Notes: generated by a model not told the origin, from the sequence alone. 64,000 nt of DNA from an uncultured Gammaproteobacteria bacterium (GCA_964535655.1 CAZHTP010000003.1:131396-195395), one strand, 5' to 3'. Numbered from the stretch's first letter, positions 42,126 to 51,711 are shown. Made by a program: numbers and translations.

Positions 42126-42773
42126 ATGAAAAACTTATATTGCTTTTTTCTACTATTTTTAGTTGCGACTTTATCATCTTGCGTTTCGCACCCCAGTGGA
42201 TCGGTCATGCCTAGCACTACTCCTTCTGCAACCCATTCTTCTGGAGATGAAATGCTTTCGGATGGAGACTATATGAATATGGCTGACCACGATTCATTTG
42301 AGTCTGCAGGTATGACTCATGTGCTTTCTTATACAAGTAAAAAGTTTCAATATATAGTGACTTTACCGCAACACTGGAAGTTTGATGATCACCCAGGAGC
42401 ATATTTGGGAGCCGAAGGAGATGTGGTTTTTTATCCTCCATCCATTAATTCAAATGATCCTCGTGCTCCCAAGATTATTATTACGTCTCCTGACACCAGT
42501 CCAAACATGAGTTCGCAGGCAGAGTTAGCTGCATGGATTGCTAAACCAATTTCTTCAACGAAAAGTAATGAGCCGTATAAGGTTGGCAATACTACCGTGG
42601 CAGGAATGCCGGCGGTACAATATATAACTCAAGGTCAAGTGTATCATTTAGTTACGTGGTTTCGAAAAAACGATCGTAATTTTTATATCGAGATTGAAGA
42701 CACTGAAGCGGATGCTACTAACTACCGAAAAGATTATGATCTTATGATTAGTAATGTCAGTTTTATTGAGTAA
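42126..42773 (+). CDS. Lipoprotein, PsbP-like/hypothetical
   Basis: Lipobox LSSC; YTSKKFQYIVTLPQHW, TTVAGMPA, YDLMISNVSF. Confidence 0.65.
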   Translation: MKNLYCFFLLFLVATLSSCVSHPSGSVMPSTTPSATHSSGDEMLSDGDYMNMADHDSFESAGMTHVLSYTSKKFQYIVTLPQHWKFDDHPGAYLGAEGDVVFYPPSINSNDPRAPKIIITSPDTSPNMSSQAELAAWIAKPISSTKSNEPYKVGNTTVAGMPAVQYITQGQVYHLVTWFRKNDRNFYIEIEDTEADATNYRKDYDLMISNVSFIE

Positions 42774-42827
42774 CTGCTTTTAATTGTAATCTATACCTGC
42801 TGATTTTATTATAGTATTATCTGGAGT

Positions 42828-43871
42828 ATGAACTACAGAAAACTTGGAAAAACTGATTTATCTATTGCTGAAGTAGGAATGGGAACTTGGCAGTTGGCTG
42901 GAGACCCCAACGCATGGGTTGGTTCTGATCTAAACGAAAGTTATAAAGCTTTACAACGATATGTAGATCTTGGCGGAAATTTTATTGACACTGCTTGGGT
43001 CTATGGTTATTCTGATGAATTCCCTGAGCGACACCCTTCTGAAGAGCTTGTAGGGAAGTTTATCAAGGAAACTGGTAAACGCGAAAACCTCGTAATTGCC
43101 TCGAAAGTCCCTCCGAAAAATTGGAATTGGCCGGCTTATCGCGGCATACCAATTTCCGAAGTATTTCCTTCTGAGCATATAGAAAAATGCGTTGATGAAT
43201 CATTACGCAGTTTGGGAATAGATTGCATTGATTTAATGCAGTTTCATGTCTGGCAAGATGATTTTGTCCATGATACTGGGTGGAAAGAGACAATTAGTAA
43301 AATAGCTCAAGCTGGAAAAGTGAAATACTGGGGTATTTCAATAAATGACTACCAACCAAGCAACTGTTTAAAAACTCTTGATACCGGGTTAATTTCAACT
43401 ATTCAGTTTATCTTTAACATTTTTCACCAAAAGCCTACTGAAAAGTTACTACCTTATGCAAAAGAACATTCGATTGGCCTTATCGCGCGAGTTCCTTTAG
43501 ATGAAGGCGGATTATCGGGCAAATTTACTCGTGATTCCCAATTTGAAAAAGACGAATTGCGTTATTCATATTTTGGAGGAGAACGACTGTCACAATTAGT
43601 TACACGAACCGATGCCTTGAAGCAACTTCTTAGTGAAGAAGCCTCTTCTCTGTCTGAACTGGCTTTGCGATATATTCTCTCTTTTGATGAAATTTCGACT
43701 GTAATTCCAGGGATGCGAAAAGTTGCACATGTAGGTTCTAATACTGCATTATCCGATGGAAGAAAGCTATCTCAAAGACTACTTTCCGAGTTAAAAAAAC
43801 ATACCTGGGAACGAAACTTTTATGGTGGTGCTGACCCGGCGATGAAAGATGAAAATTATATCGAACAGTAA
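42828..43871 (+). CDS. Aldo/keto reductase
   Basis: YRKLGKTDL, GMGTW, FIDTAWVYG, IDLMQFH, VIPGMR. Confidence 0.95.
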   Translation: MNYRKLGKTDLSIAEVGMGTWQLAGDPNAWVGSDLNESYKALQRYVDLGGNFIDTAWVYGYSDEFPERHPSEELVGKFIKETGKRENLVIASKVPPKNWNWPAYRGIPISEVFPSEHIEKCVDESLRSLGIDCIDLMQFHVWQDDFVHDTGWKETISKIAQAGKVKYWGISINDYQPSNCLKTLDTGLISTIQFIFNIFHQKPTEKLLPYAKEHSIGLIARVPLDEGGLSGKFTRDSQFEKDELRYSYFGGERLSQLVTRTDALKQLLSEEASSLSELALRYILSFDEISTVIPGMRKVAHVGSNTALSDGRKLSQRLLSELKKHTWERNFYGGADPAMKDENYIEQ

Positions 43872-43885
43872 GCGAAGGAGCTTAT

Positions 43886-44338
43886 ATGGAACTAAAACAA
43901 CTGATTGAAGATTATTTAAAGGAAGCTCGAATGATGCAAGTTGCGACAGTGCAAGGTAATCAACCTTGGGCGTGTACTGTCTATTTTGCTTATGATCCTT
44001 ATTTTAATCTTTATTGGATTTCTTCTCCAGACAGGCGACATTCTCAAGATATTGATGCTAATAACATGGTGGCGGGTACGATTGTTCTTCCCCACACTCC
44101 TGGTGGTCCGGCGCGGGGAATTCAATTTGAAGGAACGGGCGAGGCTTTGCGCGAGAAAACAGCAGCGACTTTAGGAATGGAGTATTATGCAGAACGTTAC
44201 GATATGGATAGCCAACGAGCAAACGATGTTATTGAAGGCTCTGATGGACATATCTGCTATAAGATTAAACCAAGGATGTTTGTATTATTCGATGAAGTAA
44301 ATTACCCGGAAAAACCAAGGCAGGAATTTACTCTTTAA
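43886..44338 (+). CDS. Pyridoxamine 5'-phosphate oxidase-like (split-barrel flavin-binding) protein
   Basis: MQVAT..QPWACTVYFAYD..LYWISSPDRRHS, RGIQFEG. Confidence 0.85.
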   Translation: MELKQLIEDYLKEARMMQVATVQGNQPWACTVYFAYDPYFNLYWISSPDRRHSQDIDANNMVAGTIVLPHTPGGPARGIQFEGTGEALREKTAATLGMEYYAERYDMDSQRANDVIEGSDGHICYKIKPRMFVLFDEVNYPEKPRQEFTL

Positions 44339-44345
44339 GGACTCT

Positions 44346-44783
44346 ATGTTTACTTTAGATAATTCTATCCCGTGCCCTGAATGTGGACGTTTTGCAAACC
44401 GCGGAGTAACTATCGATGCTGTAATAATTCGTGAAGGACAAATTGTACTTATAAAGCGGGGTGTTGAACCGTTTAAAGGGTACTGGGCGTTATGCGGAGG
44501 GTATGTCTCGTGGGATGAAACGGTAGAAGATACAGTTCGGCGGGAAGTTAAGGAGGAATTACAACTCGCTGTTGTCTCGCTTGAGTTTATTGGATATTAC
44601 AGTGACCCGGCGCGTCATCCCAAACAAACAATTAATTTTGCCTTCCTTGCTCACACTAACGGTAATCCGATTGCCAGCGATGACGCATTGGAATTTAAAT
44701 TTTTTGATCTCGATTCTCTCCCTGAAGAATTGGCCTTTGATCATAAAAAAATAATTGCCGACTGCCAAAGGAGATTTTTATGA
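44346..44783 (+). CDS. Nudix hydrolase (ADP-ribose pyrophosphatase-like, N-terminal CxxC)
   Basis: CPECG, WALCGGYVSWDETVEDTVRREVKEE, LAFDH. Confidence 0.92.
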   Translation: MFTLDNSIPCPECGRFANRGVTIDAVIIREGQIVLIKRGVEPFKGYWALCGGYVSWDETVEDTVRREVKEELQLAVVSLEFIGYYSDPARHPKQTINFAFLAHTNGNPIASDDALEFKFFDLDSLPEELAFDHKKIIADCQRRFL

Positions 44784-45055
44784 AATTGAAGGATAAAATT
44801 GTAATTGTTACCGGATCTTCAAGTGGTATTGGAAAAGCTACGGCATTACTTTTTGCCCAGGAAGGTGCAACTGTCGTGGTTAACTCAAAATCCAGCGGGG
44901 CTCAAGGCATGCAAGTCGTTGAGGAGATCAAGAAGAATGGAGGAAACGGAATTTATGTTTCGGGAGATGTTTCTGTCACTTCAGATGTAGACGCTCTACC
45001 TAGCGCTGTTACTGGTGAAGTGCTCGTGGTTGATGGCGGATTTCAACTTAAATGA
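44780..45055 (+). pseudogene. SDR with in-frame internal deletion (no NNAG or YxxxK)
   Basis: TGSSSGIG Rossmann start joined directly to the terminal VTGEVLVVDGG; 91 aa versus ~250 typical. Confidence 0.82.
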
Positions 45056-45056
45056 T

Positions 45057-45479
45057 TCAATAGCTTGTCAGATCGAACGCTGAAACAGCTTGTGTATGAG
45101 CATTACTTGGGCTAAAAAGCTTTACGCTGATAAGGATTAAGAGTACCAGCAAAGCTAATATGATATAGTGCATAACCATATCCGGGGAATATTTCTTGTT
45201 TTTTGGTTTTCGAAGAAATGGTAGTGAATGAAAAAGTGATTTATCTTCTTTGGATTTGTGTAAAACATATACATACACAAAGGTTGAGAGTCCTAATGAT
45301 ACGAGATTTAAGACCGCTTTTAATGAAGGTCCATTAGTAAAACCATCTAGAACCAGAAGGAAGACTCCGATGATATATAAGGCTAAAAATCCCTCATTAA
45401 TTTTTTTATCATGTCTAACGAGACGATAACATTCGATGCTCCAGGCTGCGATTATGAAAAGAAGTCCCGTTGTTGCCAT
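45057..45479 (-). CDS. Small membrane protein (3-4 TM helices)
   Basis: Hydrophobic segments; fills the gap between convergent neighbours. Confidence 0.6.
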   Translation of the reverse strand: MATTGLLFIIAAWSIECYRLVRHDKKINEGFLALYIIGVFLLVLDGFTNGPSLKAVLNLVSLGLSTFVYVYVLHKSKEDKSLFHSLPFLRKPKNKKYSPDMVMHYIILALLVLLILISVKLFSPSNAHTQAVSAFDLTSY

Positions 45480-45523
45480 ATACTTACGATGACATGATTA
45501 CGACTCTGTTTCAAGAGGGATTC

Positions 45524-46831
45524 TTACAAAGTTTTTGAGAAAAATTGTTTGATTCGATCATCAAGGAGAATGTGTTTATACTGAATCGGTTTTTTGAGAA
45601 TGATGCCATTTAGGGTTCGACAGCGAGAGAGGGCAACATATACTTGCCCCGAGGCAAATGCTCCCCAGCCGATATCTATAATAACTTTATCGAAGGTTTT
45701 GCCTTGACTTTTATGGACCGTTATTGCCCAGGCTAATTTAAGCGGCATTTGGGTGTATGATCCGGCCGCTTCTTTTTCGATTTTTCCGGATTCCTCATTT
45801 ATTTTAGAGCGATAATTAGTCCAGGTGTGCGGGTAGACATCGACACTTGCACCGTCGTCTTTTTTTACTTCGACAATTGGCATATTGTCGTTGGCTTCGT
45901 CGGAATAAAAACCCATAACTTCGCCGAGTGTTCCATTTATCCAGCGCTCTTCGGGATCGTTGTTAAGAAACATAACTCGAGCACCCACTTTGAGGGTTAA
46001 AGTTGGATCTGTGGGAAGATTCTTTCCTTCAAAATCGCCTTTTATGTCTCCATAGAATATCTGCTCCTCGCCGAAGATTTTATCCAGGTTAGCTCGATTG
46101 ATTTCGTCGGCTTGTTTATTGGTCATCACGAGATAAATGTAATCTGCGGAGTGATCTTCGTCTCGACTTATCCGTTCGTTAAGAATAGCTAGGTTAGTGG
46201 AATGTAGTTCACGATTACGAATTCCGTTTAGAAGGGTAATAAATTCCTCATCTTTTTGTCGATAGATTTTTTCTAATTCGATATGTTCGTAAAATTCATC
46301 GTATCTGCTGATTCTTCGAAAGGAGTCTGAATCAAAAAAGTAGGGAGAATCATAGATTTGGGCAAATATTGCAACTTCATCTTTACCCACAACAGGAGGA
46401 AGCTGGTACATGTCTCCGATGAAAATCATCTGGATGCCACCAAAGGGTTCTTTAGATTGTCGCGCCTCTTTAAGAAAGGCGTCGACACAATCCAGCAGAT
46501 CGGCACGAACCATTGAAACTTCATCAATTACAATGGATTGCAGTTTTTTAATTAATTTTGTTTGCTGATTGGTTCTACCTAATCTACGTGCTTCGACTTC
46601 GGTTATATCGGGCATAAAATGAAAAAATGAATGGATGGTTTGACCACCTATGTTTACTGCTGCAGCACCGGTTGATGCTAAAACTACATGATTTTTATGT
46701 GACGTACCACGAAAATATGTTAAAAGCGTAGATTTTCCTGTACCAGCTCTCCCAGTTAAAAAAACATGCTTGTTGGTATTTTCCATTACATCGAGCGCGT
46801 GCTGGAATTTTTCGTTGATTTCGAGTGACAT
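45524..46831 (-). CDS. Pif1-like SF1B DNA helicase
   Basis: Start MSLEINEKF; GRAGTGKS, TIHSFF, IDEVSMV, FGGIQ..GDMYQLPPV, AWAITVHKSQG, YVALSR. Confidence 0.93.
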   Translation of the reverse strand: MSLEINEKFQHALDVMENTNKHVFLTGRAGTGKSTLLTYFRGTSHKNHVVLASTGAAAVNIGGQTIHSFFHFMPDITEVEARRLGRTNQQTKLIKKLQSIVIDEVSMVRADLLDCVDAFLKEARQSKEPFGGIQMIFIGDMYQLPPVVGKDEVAIFAQIYDSPYFFDSDSFRRISRYDEFYEHIELEKIYRQKDEEFITLLNGIRNRELHSTNLAILNERISRDEDHSADYIYLVMTNKQADEINRANLDKIFGEEQIFYGDIKGDFEGKNLPTDPTLTLKVGARVMFLNNDPEERWINGTLGEVMGFYSDEANDNMPIVEVKKDDGASVDVYPHTWTNYRSKINEESGKIEKEAAGSYTQMPLKLAWAITVHKSQGKTFDKVIIDIGWGAFASGQVYVALSRCRTLNGIILKKPIQYKHILLDDRIKQFFSKTL

Positions 46832-46888
46832 AGCCCTTACTCTAGCATACTTACTAAATTGATTGTATAACGTATAATTGGCTTTACT

Positions 46889-48052
46889 ATGCGTATTCAT
46901 AAAAATATAAGGCTTCTGACTTGGTTTAATTTCTTTACTGACTTTAGGCCATACGCGCCTGTTGCGATTATCTACTTCTCGCAAGTAACTCATTCTTACG
47001 CACTCGGGTTGGCTGTCTTTTCTATCGAAATGTTATCCGCAAGTATTTTAGAGTTGCCAACGGGAGTTATTTCTGACCTCGTTGGGAGACGAAAAACAAT
47101 TATATTTGGGGCTGGAATGTCGGTACTATCCCTTATTTTTTATTCTCTCGGAACCTCATTTTCTATACTCGTAATTGGAAGTGTTTTTGCTGGGCTTGCA
47201 CGATCCTTTTATAGTGGTAATAATCAGGCATTATTGCATGATTCACTTAAAGAACATCAACAAGAAGAACTGTATGCTGAATACTCGGGAAAAACTAGCT
47301 CAATGTTCCAATTTGCGCTTGCCGCTTCGGCTTTACTTGGTGGATTACTCGGATATATTTCATTGCCACTCGTGCTGTGGATTTCGGTAATTCCGCAGGT
47401 AGTCTGTTTAGGGATTAGCTTCATGATATTGGAACCGCGCGCACGCGATAGCAATGATGAGACGAATATCTATAGTCATTTAAAGGAAGCTTTGCTAAAA
47501 TTTAAGGAAAATTCTAAATTACGGACTTTGAGCCTTGCGGTTATTTTAGACTACGGTATAAGTGAAACGATGTATCAATTTAGCACGGCGTTTATTTCAT
47601 TACTGTGGCCTGTCTGGGCTATAGGAATTGCTCGCATGCTTTCAAATTTTGGCGCGGCGATAGGAATGCGCATGAGTGGTACAGTTACAAAAAGGTTTGG
47701 TTACTTCAACACACTAGTATGGTCAAATATTTTTAGTACAATCGCAGGCCTTTTGGCGACAATCTTTCCGTCTGTCGTTTCTCCCCTTCTGATCTCGAGC
47801 ACCTCGTTTGAATATGGTATAAGTTCGATTGCCAAAGATACTTTATTCCAAAAAGAATTTACCGATAAACAGCGAGCGACAATGGGAAGTCTCAATAGTT
47901 TAGGTGGAAGTTTATTCTTTGCTGTTTTTGCGTATGCATTTGGAATGATTGCTGATAACCTTGCACCCAATCAGGCGATGATTATCGGAGAAGTGCTTTT
48001 ATTGAGTGTTTTATTTCTGTATTGGCGTTTGGTTAAAATTCATAGAAATTAA
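46889..48052 (+). CDS. MFS transporter
   Basis: ELPTGVISDLVGRRK (motif A); about 12 TM helices. Confidence 0.92.
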   Translation: MRIHKNIRLLTWFNFFTDFRPYAPVAIIYFSQVTHSYALGLAVFSIEMLSASILELPTGVISDLVGRRKTIIFGAGMSVLSLIFYSLGTSFSILVIGSVFAGLARSFYSGNNQALLHDSLKEHQQEELYAEYSGKTSSMFQFALAASALLGGLLGYISLPLVLWISVIPQVVCLGISFMILEPRARDSNDETNIYSHLKEALLKFKENSKLRTLSLAVILDYGISETMYQFSTAFISLLWPVWAIGIARMLSNFGAAIGMRMSGTVTKRFGYFNTLVWSNIFSTIAGLLATIFPSVVSPLLISSTSFEYGISSIAKDTLFQKEFTDKQRATMGSLNSLGGSLFFAVFAYAFGMIADNLAPNQAMIIGEVLLLSVLFLYWRLVKIHRN

Positions 48053-48149
48053 TTATGTAATTGGCACTCGGCACATCGTAAAAGTTGTACTTGTAGACGC
48101 AAACTTATTTGGTCCCGAAGATACTCGCTTGATCTGGAAACTTGAAAAA

Positions 48150-49169
48150 TTAGCTTCTTAACTTATATATTCTTGCCTTTTTGCCAGAGATTAGAATATC
48201 GTACCGAGACTCAACTTTTAGCTTGTCTTTAAAATGATGGATTATCTGATCTGTTTCATCTTTTTGTCCTGTTAAGAGAATGATTATTCCATTTGGTTTT
48301 ATGACACGGATGAATTCGGTGAACATTTTTTCGTATAACTTAGGAATATTTATTGTTTGATCAAACTCTCCCCAAGGAGGATCCGTAATGATTTTATCTA
48401 TGGAAGCGCTTTTTATGGTATTTAAGTTGGTAGCATCACCCTGGGCAATTGTAATTTTTTTGTTCATTACGGTAACTGCTTCCTTTAGTGATGTTACAAG
48501 TGTTGGGTCTTTTTCGATGGCAATTATTTCAGTGTACTTAGTATTTGTTCTTTCAGTTGGTATCGCACCACTCCCAGCAAATGGATCGAGTACTACATCT
48601 GTTTTTTGAGGTTCTGAGAGAAAACATAACTGATGAGCAATTTCTGGAGATAATTCACCTTTTTGCAGTTCACTAGCGTTAAACGAATTTTTAGTAAGTC
48701 GTACTCCTATTAGACTGTATCCTTCGCTGCGAGTAAGAAACCAAAATTCGTTCTGGGGCATGCGGCGATTAGGCTTTAGATGTGATCGGTGGGAAAGTCG
48801 TTCTTCGAGTTGAGAAATAAGTGCTTGTGTAACTGACACCATATGATTTTCTTCGGATGTAACGATTCTGAAAGTGAATTGTTTTGGAGATATGCTTTGT
48901 ACAAGACTCTGCAAAATTTTAGGTTCACCTAATGCTTGTTTAATAAGCTTTTCAACTGGAATGGGCTGGCTATTTTTCATCATTTTAACCAGAAGAAAAC
49001 TGTTATTGATTCCTCGAAGTTGTTTGATGTCTTCAGGTTTTGATTCGGTATTGTAGATAATGAGTCCATCAAGCGAGGCGATGATAGATACATCGATTAA
49101 CTTTTCTTTTAGGATCTGCTCAATGATGGGATTAGTGCCACTAACTGATGTTGAAAAATATGAGTACAT
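48150..49169 (-). CDS. THUMP-like/TRM11-type RNA methyltransferase
   Basis: VLDPFAGSG, IITDPPWG, GELSPEIA. Confidence 0.82.
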   Translation of the reverse strand: MYSYFSTSVSGTNPIIEQILKEKLIDVSIIASLDGLIIYNTESKPEDIKQLRGINNSFLLVKMMKNSQPIPVEKLIKQALGEPKILQSLVQSISPKQFTFRIVTSEENHMVSVTQALISQLEERLSHRSHLKPNRRMPQNEFWFLTRSEGYSLIGVRLTKNSFNASELQKGELSPEIAHQLCFLSEPQKTDVVLDPFAGSGAIPTERTNTKYTEIIAIEKDPTLVTSLKEAVTVMNKKITIAQGDATNLNTIKSASIDKIITDPPWGEFDQTINIPKLYEKMFTEFIRVIKPNGIIILLTGQKDETDQIIHHFKDKLKVESRYDILISGKKARIYKLRS

Positions 49170-49193
49170 GTGCTGATTATATCATAAAAGAGG

Positions 49194-49811
49194 TTAAATC
49201 TTCGGTTCATTATCTAAACTCTTCCACAAGTAGCGGCTAGCGATGCTGCGGTAGGGACTCCACTTGGTTGCTAATTCGACAATTGCATTCTTATTTTCGC
49301 GGTCTATTCCATACCATTTACTCACAGCTGACCTCAACCCCAGATCTCCGATTGAGAAGACATCTGGTCGCTTTAGGGAGAAAATTAAAAACATTTCAGC
49401 TGTCCACCGGCCAATTCCTTTGACTTTAGTTAGCTGCATGATTACATCATCATTTTCAAGTTTGGAGAGCGAGTTAAGATCAAGTGTTTTATCCCATATT
49501 GCTTGAGAAAGTGCTTTAACATAGCGTACTTTAGCGTTGGATAACCCTGCACCACGTAATTCCATGTCGGGTTTAAGCAGAATCTCTTCCGGGCTGGGGA
49601 CAAGGGTCGTATCAAACAGATCCTGAAATCTTTTAAGAATCGTTGCTCCCGCTTTTACCGATAATTGCTGCGAAATAATGGCATCAAGTAGGTCGAAAAA
49701 AAGATTATTATCTGTTGACCAGACCGGTAACTCATTTGACTCAATTATTTTTTTCATTACCGGGTCACCAGATAAATGAACAAGCCCCTGATCAATTATT
49801 TTCTTATCCAT
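49194..49811 (-). CDS. alkA: DNA-3-methyladenine glycosylase II (AlkA family)
   Basis: IISQQLS, LTKVKGIGRWTAEMFLIF, DLGLR, WSPYRS. Confidence 0.93.
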   Translation of the reverse strand: MDKKIIDQGLVHLSGDPVMKKIIESNELPVWSTDNNLFFDLLDAIISQQLSVKAGATILKRFQDLFDTTLVPSPEEILLKPDMELRGAGLSNAKVRYVKALSQAIWDKTLDLNSLSKLENDDVIMQLTKVKGIGRWTAEMFLIFSLKRPDVFSIGDLGLRSAVSKWYGIDRENKNAIVELATKWSPYRSIASRYLWKSLDNEPKI

Positions 49812-49853
49812 AATAAGATGTATTATACTTTATATTAACGGCATTACCTACCT

Positions 49854-50024
49854 ATGTTACAAAGCGGTACCAATAAAATTACTTTGACTACTTAAGCTCA
49901 GGAGAAAATGGACTATCATGGCATTACTGTGCAGGATATCTTGATGGTGTTTAATTATCCGACGAGATATAAAAAAGCTAAATGGGGATACTCTTTAAAT
50001 TGTAGCCAGCTGAATATCTACTAA
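49854..50024 (+). pseudogene. DUF4258-like small-protein remnant
   Basis: MLQSGTNKITLTT*AQEKMDYHGITVQDILMVFNYP; the TAA sits where the T.HA..RM..RGI motif His would be. Confidence 0.5.
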
Positions 50025-50504
50025 TCCAAACTTCCCATCAAATTTTGATGTTCCAACAAACATTTGATCGTCTTTAAGTTCAATAACTTTTTCAATAATT
50101 AATTTTAAGTCTTTGAATAAATTTAAATGATCTACATTGCGAGGATCGACCCACTCCAATTCTCCTTCGAGAGTGGATTTAAGGCCCTCGTCAGTTGTTT
50201 CTGCTTTAACTACAAATAACATGATATTTTTTCCGGCAAAGCTATTAACGTTTATTATCCCCCTGATTTTTGGACTGATAAGATTTACTCCTGCTTCTTC
50301 CATGGCTTCTTTTTTGGTGTTTTCGATAATATTTTCATTTTCCTCAATATGTCCGCCAATTGGATTATACATGTCTTTACGATCCTCTTTCTCCTGTGTC
50401 TGATTCTCGCCTTTACCAGAAAATTTCATTAAAAGCAGTTTTTCATTTCGGAATACGAAGATGAGTGTGCGAGGTATAACGGTATAGCGAATTTTTTCTG
50501 GCAT
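49995..50504 (-). CDS. Nudix hydrolase (MutT-like)
   Basis: YNPIGGHIEENENIIENTKKEAMEEAG, EGELEW. Confidence 0.88.
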   Translation of the reverse strand: MPEKIRYTVIPRTLIFVFRNEKLLLMKFSGKGENQTQEKEDRKDMYNPIGGHIEENENIIENTKKEAMEEAGVNLISPKIRGIINVNSFAGKNIMLFVVKAETTDEGLKSTLEGELEWVDPRNVDHLNLFKDLKLIIEKVIELKDDQMFVGTSKFDGKFGLVDIQLATI

Positions 50505-50512
50505 ATTATTTG

Positions 50513-50992
50513 TTACTTCCTTAATTCTTTTTCTTTTAAATAGGCGTCACGAGGGGTGTTGGCGAAGTTATTTTTTAAATCTTCTATGAGCCAATCGCGG
50601 ATTTCTAATGGGTAAAGTTGTAGCCCGGGAAGGGCTTTGATTAATATCCATTGAGGATAGTAGTGATTCTCTCCTTTTAGATTGTCTTGCAGTTCTTCTG
50701 AATCCTTATGGAGCTGTGGTTCACCAGAAAGGTATTGGCATAAAAAGAAATGCTGATCACTGAGAAATTTATCTTCATCGGTATAATAGTGGCTATATAG
50801 TTTTTTAATGATTTTTGCTTGAACGGTGGTCTCTTCGTTCAGTTCGCGAAGAGCGGCTTGCTCGATTATCTCATTGGCTTCAACGTGGCCGCCAGGAAAA
50901 ATCCAATAGTGCCTTCCATGGTTAATGCGTTCCATGAGCAAGATTTGATTGCCTCTAATGACGATTGCGGCGCTTCGAACTTGAGATAGCAT
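50513..50992 (-). CDS. Nudix hydrolase
   Basis: FPGGHVEANEIIEQAALRELNEET. Confidence 0.92.
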   Translation of the reverse strand: MLSQVRSAAIVIRGNQILLMERINHGRHYWIFPGGHVEANEIIEQAALRELNEETTVQAKIIKKLYSHYYTDEDKFLSDQHFFLCQYLSGEPQLHKDSEELQDNLKGENHYYPQWILIKALPGLQLYPLEIRDWLIEDLKNNFANTPRDAYLKEKELRK

Positions 50993-51030
50993 GGAAAAAT
51001 TATATCATTTAGCAATGCGCGATGTTGATA

Positions 51031-51044
51031 TGAGCACATGCTCA
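51031..51044. promoter_or_regulatory. Palindrome TGAGCA-ca-TGCTCA, candidate TetR operator between divergent promoters
   Basis: Perfect 6-bp arms in the 80-bp divergent gap, between -10 boxes at 50999-51004 (-) and 51061-51066 (+). Confidence 0.55.
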
Positions 51045-51072
51045 CAGTAACAAGATGGTGTATAATAGGCGC

Positions 51073-51690
51073 ATGAAGCCTGCGAGCAAACAGAATGAAA
51101 TGCGTCATGAACCAATACAAGCTCGAAGTGCTCAACGAGTTGCCCATATCCTGGACGTGGCTTCAAAGTTAATTTCCGAAGTAGGATATGACCGAGCAAC
51201 CACTAATGATATTGCTAAACTGGCCGGGGTTCCTATTGGGTCACTTTACCAGTATTTTCCCAATAAACATGCCCTTTTGCATGCGCTTTCAACTCGATAC
51301 CTATCGCAACTAAGAGATTATTTTGTTGAGCAAAAGATCATTACTGATTCTATTCAATTGCATGAGTTTCTTTCTTCTATTATTGATACTTTAGTGGAAT
51401 TTAGGAAGAGCCACAGAAGCTTTAAACAAATGTTCCTTGGAATATATATGAACAACGAAGTGTCTATTGCAGCAAAAACAATGAATGAGGAATTCCGGCA
51501 AATAATATTGAAGAAATTAGAAATAGAGAAGCCTGAGTTAAGTGCAAAGCGGCGCGAGCGAGTTAGTTATGTGTTGTTTGGAATGATTCGTTCGGTATTT
51601 GTGTATCTTTCAGTTATTGATGACACGATGTGGAAAGAAATGAAAGAAGAGACTAAATTCGCAATACGAACGTATCTTTCTGCTGTTTAA
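51073..51690 (+). CDS. TetR/AcrR family transcriptional regulator
   Basis: PIQARS..ILDVA..GYDRATTNDIAKLAGVPIGSLYQYFPNK; ATG 51073 lies 6 nt after TATAAT. Confidence 0.94.
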   Translation: MKPASKQNEMRHEPIQARSAQRVAHILDVASKLISEVGYDRATTNDIAKLAGVPIGSLYQYFPNKHALLHALSTRYLSQLRDYFVEQKIITDSIQLHEFLSSIIDTLVEFRKSHRSFKQMFLGIYMNNEVSIAAKTMNEEFRQIILKKLEIEKPELSAKRRERVSYVLFGMIRSVFVYLSVIDDTMWKEMKEETKFAIRTYLSAV

Positions 51691-51711
51691 TTAGAATTTC
51701 TGACTTATCTT

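Noticed and set aside
38588-45004. Same 9-mer CTACCTAGC near the inferred deletion junctions of the PPase (38588-38596, minus) and SDR (44996-45004, plus) remnants
   Set aside because: Absent from the IMPase, MOSC and Ldh_2 junctions, breakpoints are only inferred, and both encode LPS, so coincidence is likely. Worth rechecking if breakpoints are mapped.
46832-46993. N-terminal extension of the Pif1-like helicase
   Set aside because: Overlaps the divergent MFS gene; MSLEINEKF start has TGcTAGAGT upstream.
48053-48152. Possible C-terminal gene fragment (NLFGPEDTRLIWKL) between the MFS and methyltransferase genes
   Set aside because: Too short to assign without a search.
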